64,000 nt of DNA, from the NCBI GenBank assembly GCA_951406725.2, contig OX597814.1, positions 47,306,001 to 47,370,000 on the forward strand, written 5' to 3'. This document shows positions 11,872 to 23,849 of this stretch, piece after piece. The notes under the pieces are model-generated. The model did not search any database and had not been told where the DNA came from. It saw nothing but the letters and a program-made list of their open reading frames with translations. The position numbers were made by a program, and so were the translations under genes. Source of the stretch: Octopus vulgaris (Eukaryota). Each line of letters begins with the position of its first letter. The stretch's first letter is position 1.

Positions 11872-13620
11872 GATGCTTGAACAGAGACGTGTTGATGTAT
11901 GTTGCGTACAAGACTTGAGGTGGAAAGGAGCTTCAGCCAGAGTCCTCACAGGCTAAGCACATGGGTATAAACTCTTCTGGGAAGGTAATAATGATGGAAT
12001 AGTGGTTGTGGGCATCCTTCTTGCAGAGAAATGTGTGGATAATGTCATAGAGGTAGTGAGGGTGTGCAGTACTTAAACTCAGGCTAGTCTTGCAGATTGG
12101 TATAGCTACAATTATCTCTGCCTACGTCCCACAAGCGGGACTACCAAATGAACAGAAGGATCACTTTTATGATATTCTTCTGCAGGCTACCTCAAAGACG
12201 TGTGGCGATGATCTCATCTTTGTGGCTGGAGATTTTAATGGGCATGTCGGATAGCAACCTGATATCTTCTATGGTGTACATGGAGGCCATGGAGTTGGTA
12301 CCAAAAATGAAGAGGGAACAAGGCTCCTGGAGTTCTGCAATGCAAATAACCTATTGATCTGCAACACCAACTTCAGGAAGCCAGCTGGACACCTGATAAC
12401 CTATCAATCAGGTGACCCTACTAGCCAGATTGATTTCATTCTCACCAGACAGCGGGATGCATGGTTACTCTTAAATACAAAGACCCTCCCAGGTGAGGAA
12501 TGTACTCCTCAGCATAGGCTAGTTGTTAGTGACTTTAAACTCGAGGCCAGAAGGATGCCAAAAAGCAGACCAATCTGGAGAAGAAGACTTGGAAGCTTAA
12601 GAACCATTCATATGGTCAGAAATTTAGGGATATCCTTACCGAGAAATTTGATGATAGGGAGGAGGAGCTACAGTCCTGTGACATAGAAAGCAGCTGGGAA
12701 TTCCTGCGAAACAGCGTGTTGCCCGCCACAGACCAAATCTGTGACTGGTGCAAAATCCCATCCAGACCTAGGGTAACATAGTGGTGGAACAATACTGTAG
12801 ACAGGGCAATTAGTGCAAAGAAATATGCCTGCGAGGCCTGGAAGAGTTGGGGTAGCAGGAGAATGTATCAGATAGCCAAAAGATACGCTAGGAGACAGGT
12901 ATATATAGACAAGGGAGTAGCAGAAAAGAAGTTTGCCAATGTTCAGCGACGTGAGGACCAAAGAACTGTAGTATTTCGGATTGCAAGACAGTGTGTGAGA
13001 GAAAATGGTGATGTCATAGGAGAGAAATGTGTCCGCATGGATGATGATTCCCTTACGTTTAATGATTCTGCAAAGAAAGAGGCTTGGAGAAGCCATTATG
13101 AAAGACTTCTGAATGTGGAGAATGAATAGGAGGAGGAGAGTCTGGCAAAGGTTGACCCAATCCAGGCTGGAGGGTATATCAGCCGAAACGTTGTGTTAAC
13201 AACAAACAAGATGAGGCCAAATATCCGTCAAATGTAAATAATGTAAATATTGTGCATAATTCCCTATCTCTTAAATATAGAACTGGAATAACAGAGGAAT
13301 TCAAGACAGGCTGCCCTGGGAGCTCTTCTATGCTGATGACCTTGCTCTAATAGCCGAGTCACTGTCAGAACTAGAGACGAAGTTTAGGGCGTCGAAGCAA
13401 GGTCTGGAATCGAAGGGCCTTAGGATTAACCTAGCAAAAACTAAAGTCTTAGTAAGTAAGAAGGCTATCAAATTACAAACTCCTTCAGGTAGATGGCTCT
13501 GCTCGGTTTGTAGGAAAGGCGTGGGTAGAAACTCCATACGATGTATCCGGTGTAAGCTATGGACACATAAAAGGTGCATCAGTATCAACGGAAGGTTAAC
13601 CGGGAAGATAGTTTTTGTCT
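11872..13620 (+). mobile_element. Decayed RTE-clade LINE (APE, linker, partial RT)
   Basis: APE motifs VDVCCVQD.RWKG, VAGDFNGHVG and ICNTNFRKPAGHLITYQSG..SQIDFIL. RT motif ELFYADDLAL at ~13320. The RT N-terminal half is missing. Confidence 0.9.
13164..13285 (+). mobile_element. Foreign 122 bp insert (Penelope-type end with truncated hammerhead) at the RTE deletion junction
   Basis: GGCTG-gagggtatat-CAGCC-GAAACGTT followed by an AT-rich tail. RTE homology stops before it (..NVENE*EEESLAKVDPI) and resumes after it (ITEEFKTG). Confidence 0.6.
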
Positions 13621-13995
13621 TTTTCAAAATATAGGAACATTTCTCATGGCACCACAATTTACAGATGCTTACATTTTTTAATATTTTCCGTGAAGTTTTC
13701 ACGGGTCCAGCTATTACAAATTATAATAAAAGACGCGCTGGTGATTTTATAGTTATTTTCACAATTTTCTCAATCGCATCATTGGTGCGTAGTTTTTTTG
13801 TTTTTCATATTGCTTTGTTGGCTTAGATTGAATGAGTCGGTTAAAAAGCATCTTTCATTGGCCTAGAAACTATATAACATCCCCACCCCTGAGAGACGCA
13901 ATATTTCCAGCTCCTTTTTAATCGCATCTTCTTTAGTTCTTGTTTGGTTTGTCCTTCTCTAATAATCATATTGATGTCCTAAAATGACTACTGTA

Positions 13996-14227
13996 GCGAC
14001 GAGCTGGCAGAAACGTTAGCACGCCGGGCGAAATGCTTTGTGGTATTTCGTCCGCCGCTGCGTTTTGAGTTCAAATTCCGCCGAGGTCGACTTTGCCTTT
14101 CATCCTTTCGGGTCGATTAAATAAGTACCAATATGCATTGAGGTCAATAAATCGACTTAATCCGTTTGTCTGTCCTTGTTTGTCCCCTCTGTGTGTAGCT
14201 CCTTGTGGGGAGTAAAGAAATAAGAAA
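13996..14227 (+). mobile_element. tRNA-derived SINE family B, full length with 16 bp TSD
   Basis: TSD TAAAATGACTACTGTA at 13980-13995 and 14228-14243. Head GCGACGAGCTGGCAGAAACG; central CTTTCATCCTTTCGGGTCGAT.AAATAAGTACCA. Confidence 0.9.
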
Positions 14228-14295
14228 TAAAATGACTACTGTAAGATATAGACAAAGGATATCCTACTGGTTAAAAGGTTCGCGAGTGAATAGGC

Positions 14296-14327
<32 letters not shown>

Positions 14328-15062
14328 TAAGTCAAGTTGTCAACATTCTGAAGACAGCTCTGTCTCAGAGTGTTAAGCTGAGTATTTTCATTAACAACTT
14401 CAAATTCGTCCTCTTATATGAACGCAAGTGTCCCCAGAAAACTTTAAACATCCCAATTGGTTTTAACCGATGAAAAGAAGCATGTTATGGACCATGAATA
14501 ATGATAATAGCGATCTAAATCACCAGTAAGTTTTCTTCTACACAAGCTTCCACTATCAAAAGCAACGGCTACGCTTGTACTCAGCCAATAAGAAACTAGT
14601 TACATGGTACGGAGTAGAAGTCTGAAGTTAAGCTGGTTACTGATAGATTTTGTGATGTAACCACCCACCCTGAAGCGCCGAGTAAGAAAGATTGTAGTAT
14701 TTAATTATATCCTCTCATGTTCTGAGTTCGGATCACGCTGCTTTCGACTGCTTATTATTTTTGTTTTTTCGTTGATCGACAAAATAACAAATACCCTGAC
14801 CCATTGGAGATGACTGAGTTACATACACATTGCCGTAACTCTTTTCTCTTTCATGATCATCATAACGAGATTCTACGTGTGCTTACAAGGATACAAGAGA
14901 TTTTAGCATAAGCCGATGGTCATTGTTTTGTAATTATGTAATATGACTAATGGCTGTACATTTAAACTGTGCATATTTCTGTCCGTTTCATCTCTATTCT
15001 TATTCTGCTTCATAGACACACACATATCTCTGCACAGAAGATCTTTCTTTGTAAATATATTG

Positions 15063-16070
15063 TCATCATCATGATCATCATTTAATGCCCATACTGGCAT
15101 AAGTTGGACGGTTTGATCAGAACTGGCAAGCTGGAAAGCAGCACAATGTTCCAGCCTGATTTGGCATGGTTTCTACGACTGGATGCCCTTCCTAACGCCA
15201 ACCACTTTACAGAGTGTGCTGAGTGCTTTTACGTGACACCGGTACAGGACTCTTGCCGGCCAATCGTCTTCACCAGTGGGAGCGGCCTTATCGCTTCTGC
15301 TGTGGGGCACGTGTCTTCTTAAGTACAGTAAGGCGCCAGGCATTTCGCTCTTTTGTCATCTCGTTTGAAAGATTCATTGTCCTGAGGTCGTTCTTCAGTA
15401 CTTCGTTCCATGTCTTCCTGGGCCCTCCACTTCTACGTGTTCCATCTACTTTGAAATATCGGCACTTCTGTATGGAGCTGTCGGCATCTATCCGCATCAC
15501 GCGACCAAGCCAGCACAATCATCTCTCTTGCACCCTGCATCTAATTCCTCTTATGCGTAACTTTTCTCAATACACTAGCACTCTGATGAACGTGTACACT
15601 TTCATTACACATCCAGTGGAGAATACTAGCCTCATTCCTCTCTAATCTTTGCATGCATCGTACAATCTACCTTTCATTCGGAGAGAGAAACCTTTTGTAA
15701 CCAACAGAGATAACTGCTCTCTGAATTTCCTTCATCCTATTCTTATTCTAGCTCTCACACCCACTGTGCATCCTCCCTCACTACTAATTTAGTCCCTCAG
15801 GTAGCAGAAATTATCTACTACTTCTTATGAGCCACTAGGGCATTTGAGGGAATCAATTTTCCGAGTCTATGTAGTTTTTATGGATCCTGTGCTTCTTCCA
15901 GATACGAACACTGCTTCCTCTGATAACCCTATTAATCCACTGCACCTCTTGTATGTCCATTGCTTACAATGAGTGCGCCGTATTGAGTTTCTGCCTACAC
16001 CTTTCCTACAAATCGAGCAGGGCCACCTAACTGAAGGGTAGGGTCCTGTCTGCTTTCTTGCTTATTAAAA
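15063..16070 (-). mobile_element. RTE LINE 3' fragment with (GAT)n tail
   Basis: ORF 15288-15518 WLGRVMRID...GTRRSGGPRKTWNEVLKNDL is the RTE C-terminus. 3' UTR TTAGGAAGGGCATCCAG ends in ATG/GAT repeats. Confidence 0.85.
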
Positions 16071-16361
16071 CCCTTATAGTTTTCGTTTATTTTAAATTGT
16101 CTCGTTTTCCCCAACTTCTTTCTTCTAATGCTTAGATGAACACATAATCGTTAGTGATCCATCAGATGATCGACCAAGCATAATATGTTAGAGATTATAG
16201 TTGTGAGTTTATGCCTGCTATATATGGGGTGTGACATAATGAGTAATATTTACTGTATTTTTGATTTCGAGGAAAATATATCTTTTACAAATGTTCACTA
16301 CCTTACAAAAACTATATCAGCTAAGTACATAGCCTTCTCTGAGTGCATTAAAAATGATGTA

Positions 16362-16517
16362 ACATCATCATCATCGTTTAACGTCCGCTTTCCATGCCAG
16401 CATGGGTTGGGCGATTTGACTGAGGTCTGCACCAGATCTGTGGCAGAGTTTCTACAGCTGGATGCCCTTCCTAACGGCAACCACTCCGAGAGTGTAGTGG
16501 GTGCTTTTACGTGCCAC
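16362..16517 (-). mobile_element. RTE 3'-tail fragment or RTE-tail SINE
   Basis: (CAT)n-CGTTTAACGTCCGCTTTCCATG...CTGGATGCCCTTCCTAACG. Same tail as 15063, 44480-44945, 53828, 55385 and 59622. Confidence 0.8.
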
Positions 16518-17532
16518 TAGAATACTATTACAGAAAATTATCTCTGTTCTTTTTAAGCATACAAAGCAGAAATTTAGGTGGGGCAAAGTGAGTATGACAA
16601 AATGAAATAAATTCACTTTTTCACTTCCTTAAAATTACGATTGAAGACTCGTACACATTGACATCCGTCCTTAGACGTTAGAAATGCAACAAAGACTTTA
16701 AGTATCTAGAGCTAATGAATGAGGATCATGGGGGACATGGCACATATGAAATTAACGAAACTCAACGTAAAATATCTCGGCACGATACAATTAAAAAAGG
16801 AAATGATTATGAAAGTTCGTCATTACTCATTTTGCCCCACTTTGTGCACTTTTTTCCTGAAAATTGAAAATTATCAAATTGGACATTAGTATGAGGGAAA
16901 ATTGACTTGGAATTGGATAGAGAAAAGAATTTTGATTGTTAAGCACCGAAAATTATCCAGGTGTTTTATTTGCAACCGCAATTACAATCGAGTCAAAGTT
17001 GAAAATTCTTTTGAAAAACAGTACCTGTCACCTGACTATGTTTCAGACTTTCCCAACGTCAACAACAACAGCAACAACTACACTGACCAATTTTTATTCC
17101 GAAAGATGATGCAACAGTGCATAAATGTTGGTGCAATACTTGCAATGTAAATGATTTCAAACAAGTTTGGAGAAAATAACAAGAAATCGGAATCACTACT
17201 GTTACCCCGCATATCCCTTTTGCCACCACACTTCTCCATGGAGATCTATAGGCGGGTATCAGGAATTCAACAGTTGTAGTGAAAGCTAAATATGAAAGCT
17301 TTTGAAAACCTGAAAGCTTCCGACTAAACTGAAAACGTTGCGTTATTTTTTACCCTAGACTCATTGGCAATGAGAAAAAATGATAACCATCAGTAGTATC
17401 GCCTTATAATTAAACTTGCATTTGCATACATGCTTGTTGTTGAACCTTAGCTCAAGCCTATTTCAGTAGACCTGTGGTCAAAGGATTTCCAATTGTAACC
17501 ATTCCTTTTTGTCCGGTGCACATTCGGGACTA

Positions 17533-18011
17533 CCGTAAATCCTCGAGTATAATCCGCCTTTGATGAGTATAATACGCAGGGGATTTTTACGGGGCTGTAC
17601 CTCTGAAAAACCTAAACATTGTGTATAATACGCACCCTTTCTCTAACTTGAGTCAAGGTCTATATAACGTCCTTGGTTTGTAAAACTGTATACGGTAACG
17701 TCCTTTATTATTATAGTATATATAACATAATGCAAACGTGTAGCTTTTTTGTGCATTTTGTTTGCAGAAAATAAAGAAATAACAGTAATAACGTTTAATA
17801 AATGTTGCTTATTGCAAGTTATGGATGATTTAAGGTATTTTCGCGCCGACGTCACAAAAAGCGTCTAAATAAACATTGCCGGACAGCAAATAGAGACTCG
17901 GACATTGCTTAGAAAATTATTTTCATTTTTAACCTCGTATATAGTACGCACTAAGGATTTTGGTCTTTAAATTTTGAGGGGGAAGTGCGGGTTATACTCG
18001 AGGATTTACGG
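17533..18011. mobile_element. Tc1/mariner-superfamily MITE (Tc2-like CCGTA termini), TA TSD
   Basis: TA|CCGTAAATCCTCGAGTATAATCCGC ... GCGGGTTATACTCGAGGATTTACGG|TA, with ~25 bp TIRs. No transposase ORF. Confidence 0.88.
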
Positions 18012-18532
18012 TATATCATTTAATGTATCCTTCCCTTTTAAGGCAATGGTTTGTGCTGTGATGGATATTTAGCTGTTATTTCCAGCAATAGGCACCCTCG
18101 TTAGCTCGTAAACATTGTAGCATATAATCATAGTGGACTCTCTTAAGATATGCCTTGTGAGTTTAACGTATAATGGACCTTTAGTGTTGTTGGTCCTGTC
18201 TTCCTGTCTCTGCGCTGTTAAGAGGCACGCTCCATTAACTCAATTTTATACGACTTTTGAATGTCGATATTTAGTGACACGTTCGTTTATGTTTGTTTAG
18301 GAGTGGTTAAATATATGGGCCATTTTCCGTCTACCCAATTTCACCTACGAGGCTTCGATAGACTTGAGGCTATAATAAAAGACACTTGCTCTAGATACCA
18401 CGTAGTGGTTAAGAAACAAGTTCAATTATTCGGTCGCACTGCATCTGTCTATGTATAACGACCTAACGTATCGATACATATTGTATACCTCTTTGTGTGT
18501 ATGCATATATATATATACACACACACACACAC

Positions 18533-18774
18533 ATCAAAGGTAGAACAACAAAACCACTACAAACGGAAACCGTCAAAACGCAACATGCAGATAAAGGACG
18601 AAAGCACGACAACGGCAAACAGGACAAACCAAGATACACAGCTCATTCGCAGCCAACTACCTCTTCAGTTGAAATCCGGAATGTCCGTTTGCCTTTGTCG
18701 TGCTTTCGTCTTTTACCTGCATGTTGTGTTTTGACGGTTTCCGTTTGTTGTATTTTTTCTGTTCTAGCTTTGAT
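18533..18774. repeat. Imperfect palindrome (~95 bp arms) with a hammerhead-like remnant in the loop
   Basis: ATCAAAGGTAGAACA..ACAAACGGAAACCGTCAAAAC..GACGAAAGCACGACAA pairs with TTGTCGTGCTTTCGTC..GTTTTGACGGTTTCCGTTTGT..TGTTCTAGCTTTGAT. Flanked by (TA)/(CA) tracts. Confidence 0.8.
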
Positions 18775-18974
18775 TTATCCATGCAGCGCTACACACTTGT
18801 TGCTTACTATATATATATAACACATTATAAACATAATAAACGTCATTGCGTATTTTTCTTCCTAATAGAAGCTGAACTCGTGACCCTCTTCGTTAATTGT
18901 ACCACTCAACTATACGATTAAAAGAATTATATGAGCAATAAGAAAAGATTTATAGCTTTGCCATACATCATCCT

Positions 18975-19686
18975 GTATCGCACCTGGACAGTGATGTTTC
19001 TTGGAGTTACTAGATGTTTCAGGTCTTTCAACAATCAGATACTTTGACAAAAGCAATGAAGCCAAGATTGCACTAACCTAGGTAGCGGTTGTGGATCAGG
19101 AGGTGCAGGCTCACAGCTCTGATCCTCTGCTGCCTCCACAGCCAACTTTATGACCTCTAACACTTGGGCTCCTGTGACAACCAGTACATTGCAGGCTTTG
19201 CAAACGGACTACCCACTGAATTTCATCTCCGTGAGATCACACATTGCTTGCGACCCATTGCTTCGGCACAGTTCCACTCACTCAGCATATTTCATTCTCT
19301 TCAAGATGGAATGAGGAGTTCCAACAGAACCATATGCTTGCATGCTTCTCAGTAGGTCTATGTCTAACCGTAACGATGTTGATGCGACAGTTTCTGGGAC
19401 CTTCAGCTGCTTCCGTACGTTGACTTTCAGTATCCTTCTTGTGCTGTTGCCAATAAACTGAGGGAACTGGACTTGACAGCTGGTATCTTCTTCACACTAA
19501 CCTTGACAAAGATGATAATCTTCTTCGTTGGGCGAAGGTACCTGAAATGGTTTATGTCATTGTTGATGTTGTTTGCTGTGACCTTCAGGGTCGAGCCATA
19601 TCTTCAGCGGTAGCAACCTCCTCCTAGGGTTTATGGACAGCTACTGAGCATATGTTCCAGGGTCCCTCTGTTCATGCACAGGGCCA
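18975..19686 (-). mobile_element. Hero-like (REL-endonuclease) non-LTR retrotransposon 3' fragment
   Basis: Minus strand reads LCMNRGTLEHMLSSCP*TLGGGCYR*R (CCHC zinc motif, cf. CxLC..RGTLEHILS.CP.AL..GRY.WRH), then KRMKYAE*VELCRSNG and SVCKACNVL..TGA...IKLAVEAAE, followed by a 3' UTR. Confidence 0.75.
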
Positions 19687-21243
19687 ATATATATATATTT
19701 AGAAGTAAGAAAATCGTTACTTACTTCATCTTCCAGAACCACACCAACTATGGCAACCAACAATATATATCTGTTTTAAATTGATTAATTCTTTATCACA
19801 ATTTCATCAATTTAATAGTTATCGATTACTGAAGCGAAATGGACCAGACAAATTTGACCATCGTGATAATATACCAACGTGAATTTGAAAATTGAAATGT
19901 ATTGTTTAATCTTTATAATTGTTAGAAGAAAAAAAAGTTTAATATTTAAATGTACTCAATAAATGATCAGAAAGCGTATATATATGTGTGTTAATATGCT
20001 TACACAGCAGTTTAGAAAATGGGGGTATATGTTAGACGAGCTGCTTAACTACAAGTAGTTGTATCCCTTGCATCTTCTGGTGAACTCTGTATAGTAGCTG
20101 ACGAGTAGGTCTCTTATAAATTAATCAACGAATATCTGAGACTTTCTTTATAACAACAATATGCGAAAGAGAAAGCTCTCCCTCTCTGTCTATCTCTCTC
20201 TCTAAGTCATTAAGTACTTTGCTTACCGTTTTCTTAGAAGAAAAGCCAGCATAATGGTTAGGGAAGTCAGACTAACCTTTATTCAATATGTGGCCAGTAT
20301 TTGTAAACCTACTGATATTTATATACGATATGTTCATTTTGATAGACTCGCATGTATTTAAAATATTTGTCTCTGATTTACTATCACTTAAACTCGTTTA
20401 GTCACAATTTTATGTGTATAGAGTCGATTGTTAGCTCGCCTGTTCAAAAAACAGAAAAGGAAAGAAAAAGGAAGCTAAAGTTTGTGAGCTTACAATGTAT
20501 GCAGACTTAAATGTCAATACACACACCGTATATAAGCATCTCTATTCCTTCTTTCAAATGTATGTGGCTGTAGGATGACCGAGTGGATAAGATAGATATT
20601 AGTCTCAGGCCAGTCTGGACGATCATCACCAATTTTTTTTTCAAGGCTTAAAGCAATTCTAATTGCTCGACTAATAACATAGAGAGAAGCTCCCTCATTG
20701 CCTTTGTTTTTGAGATGTTATTCATGGATGCATGCTCCAACTCATTTATCTGTGATAAACTAGCATCTTATACTGAGGGAAATTTAGCCGATAGACTGGC
20801 AGAATTATTAGAGCGTTGGATCTTACCGCAGTGTTTAGTTAGGACTCTTCACGTTCAAATTCTACGGAGGTGAACTTCGCGCTTTCATCATCTGAGATTG
20901 GTTAGATAAAGTATGCCTTGTGTCCATATATTTCCTTAATACATCCAAGATGTGAATGGAATTATAAATAAAGCGAGCACTAAGATCTTTCAACCCTATG
21001 CTTAATGCTGTGGCAGCCAAAGCTAATTAACACGTAGCTCGTGACTGAGTATTATGTATGTTGCATAAGCTCGTAGAAATATCATCCTCTCGGCAAATTT
21101 CAGCTAATAAAAATATGAATTTATGCATCATGCATACAGGTAATACGCGCGTGCGCGGTGAAGGTGCTCGGAACCTGATTCTGAAAAAAACTTGTAGGTG
21201 AATAGGAACTGGGGAGAGATTGCGAACTGTGACCAAACCTTAC

Positions 21244-21494
21244 TCTGAAACGAATCACGAGGAAGCTGTCTCTAAAACTTTGGGCACAGAAAGTAACTAA
21301 TGTATGCATTACTTCGGTGGTACTGTCGTACTTTGTCCCGAGAAACAACTGACCAGATTGAAGCGCTTTGCTTTTTAGCTTATAGAACGGACTGGTTCCG
21401 CTAGTCAGGAAATTCATTAGCTGCCAACACCTACTCCGTGATCTCAGGATGCCGTCCCTGATGATGCGCCCAGCATGCTCTGAGGATGACGCAC
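21244..21494 (-). other. Candidate spliced exon of an unidentified antisense transcript
   Basis: Minus strand: tttctttctacag|GTGCG...TTTCAGA|gtaagg. 251 bp, CpG-rich, not repeated in the window, one open frame with no recognisable homology. Confidence 0.35.
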
Positions 21495-21872
21495 CTGTAG
21501 AAAGAAATATCTGGGTCACTTTTTGAAATGGTTGAAACTGTGGAATTGTCTACCCCATGGTTATAAAATAACCAGTTTCGCCTGCCTCCTGTTATAATGT
21601 GCTTTGTTTGTTTATTGTTTGCTATTTATGCTGATCAATAAACATATAAAAGCCACCCTGCTGTACACAAGTGCAGTTTTGTTTTGTGTTAATCAAGATT
21701 GATATTTTGGTCTTGACAGTAGAAATTAAAGTGTAAATATTAGTGACGTGACGATGTTACAATTTTCAGTTCATCTTCATTATGCAATCCTAGTTAGTTA
21801 AGCGAACTCGCTAAATATCACCTGGGAAACCTACGATATCCCAAGGACAGAAAGTATAACATGCATATATAT

Positions 21873-22036
21873 ATAAAATACAAAATGGGACAAGAACGCA
21901 AAACATCCGGACAACTAGATGATACAAAAAGGGACAACAAAACATCCAGATAGACGATACAAAGAAAACAAGGACCAGTCATTCCAAGTTTTCTATCTTC
22001 AATCAAGAACCAGGTTATCCTCGCAATTTTGGCTGA
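21873..22036 (-). mobile_element. Short non-coding repeat between (TA)n tracts, probably Penelope-derived
   Basis: Internal ~40 bp direct repeat (GGGACAA..AAAACATCC.GA...A.GATACAAA) and a degenerate TTGAAGA..GGAA-TGACTGGTC motif on the minus strand. Confidence 0.45.
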
Positions 22037-22157
22037 TATATATATATATATAGAGAGAGAGAGAGTGAATGAGTAGACAAACGAAAGAAAGAGGTTCTCA
22101 GCACATTTAGTAGGAGTTACATATACTACTATTTACTTAATAATAATAATAATAATA

Positions 22158-22297
22158 ATGGTTTCAAATTTTGGCACAAAGCCAGCAATTCCGAAGAGGG
22201 GATAAGTCGATTACATTGACCCAGTGTTCAACTGGTACTTATTTTATCGACCCCGAAAGGCAAAGTCGACTCCAACGGCATTTGAACTCAGAACGTA
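22158..22297 (-). mobile_element. SINE family B partial copy within (TAA)n
   Basis: TGGTTTCAAATTTTGGCACAA...CTGGTACTTATTTTATCGACCCCGAAAGG...TTTGAACTCAGAACGT. Confidence 0.75.
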
Positions 22298-22369
22298 AAG
22301 TAGTAGTAGTAGTAATTATTATTATTATTATTATTATTACTACTACTACTACTACTACTACTACAAAAT

Positions 22370-22566
22370 CGTAGAGAGTGACGCAGTCGGAGACTTGCAA
22401 AATCCTCTGGGATTTCCCAATCCAAACAGATCAGGTGCTAGAGTGTAACAGACCGGACCTAATGGTGGTGGACAAGATGCACCGCATGTGCTATGTAGCT
22501 AATGTTACGTGCTCCTTTGACCAACGAATAGTCAAGAAGGAAGGCGAAAAAATAGATATATACAAT
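22370..22566 (+). mobile_element. R4/Dong-like REL endonuclease fragment
   Basis: CKILWDFPIQTDQVLECNRPDLMVVDK...KKEGEKIDIY matches the LWD..IQTD....NRPD....DK...KE.EKI.KY REL motif. Abuts an (ATT)n/(ACT)n tract. Confidence 0.75.
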
Positions 22567-23849
22567 GGTTATGTGTGTGTGTGTATATAATATTTATAAC
22601 AAAATTTTATATCTTGGACATAGAGTTACCCAATAAACCATGAGGTTGCCTCATTGGTGCTGCGCCGGGTGGTTCGTGTGTCTTATGTTATCATTTTGTT
22701 TAATAATTACTGCTCTGTTCTTTAGTGTGCTTCTTTCTATGGTTTTTTTTTTATTAACTATATGTATAACATATATGGCCGTTTTGATTTGATATACTCA
22801 TATGTACTAAATTGAGTTTAGTACATATGAGTATATCAATATTTAGTACATAGAAACCGGTGTTTTCGTCCACAGTGGTAAGAGAAATAACAAGACCAGT
22901 TATTTTGCTGTTAGTGGGGTTGCGGTTATGATTGAAACTTATACTGTCGTTCACCTTGGCCTGTGATTCCAAAAACTTTTTCCCCTTCGAATCAGAATCT
23001 TGGATTTGAATGATCAAAGGAAACGGTTAATGATTAATTTCTGTTTGCTGATCTCAAGGTAAGATAGTGGTATTCTCAAAATAAGTTTGTAATATGTGAT
23101 TGTTATTAGATGAATATTTACAGTGATTTACGGGTTTGATGGTTATCAAGGAAAATAAAGATAAAAGAATTTAAAAAGTGCTTGAATGTGAGAGAAGTGC
23201 AGAGTTCTAGGAAATACATTTATCAAAGGATATGTCGCAGTTACTTTTCGTCATTGGTCTTTTTATGTCACATGAACCATTGAATTATAGGTATATCATG
23301 CAGTATATCTAGATCGAGCATGGGCAATTTTTTCTTTTCTTTTTTTTTTCCCCTTCTGAGAAGCGGCCGCATGAGACATAACGTCACAAGGCGGGCAGCA
23401 CCACGAAAAAAATTCAAAGTAATTTTGGGCCACCTCCAAAATTATTCATTAAAGGAATAATTACCCTAAACCTAAATCTAATGTTTAAGGTATTTTTGAA
23501 GATTATGTTAATGATTTTAGAGGTCGATATCATTGAAGCTGTAAAGGATGGTATATTAGCAGAACTGGTATAGTCACCAACAGAATACTTTGTATTATCT
23601 AGTTACGTTCCTTTATATATCATCATAAAGATTATGAATTTTTTGTGTACAGTGCTAAGGCGCACTACAACTCGTCGAAAAAGGGTAAAGGAACGGACAG
23701 ATAATAACTGTTATATCCTTATGGGTAAACGTAACAATAATCTTTTAAGAACCAACAATCCAACTCGAACCGTAAACTTTGAACTCCAACTTTGAATTAT
23801 CAACACACGAATTGTGGAACTAGCACGATGATTTTATTGAAACCACAAA

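Noticed and set aside
17050-17310. Stop-free minus-strand stretch after a possible acceptor
   Set aside because: No recognisable homology, and joining it to the 19725 candidate exon gives an early stop.
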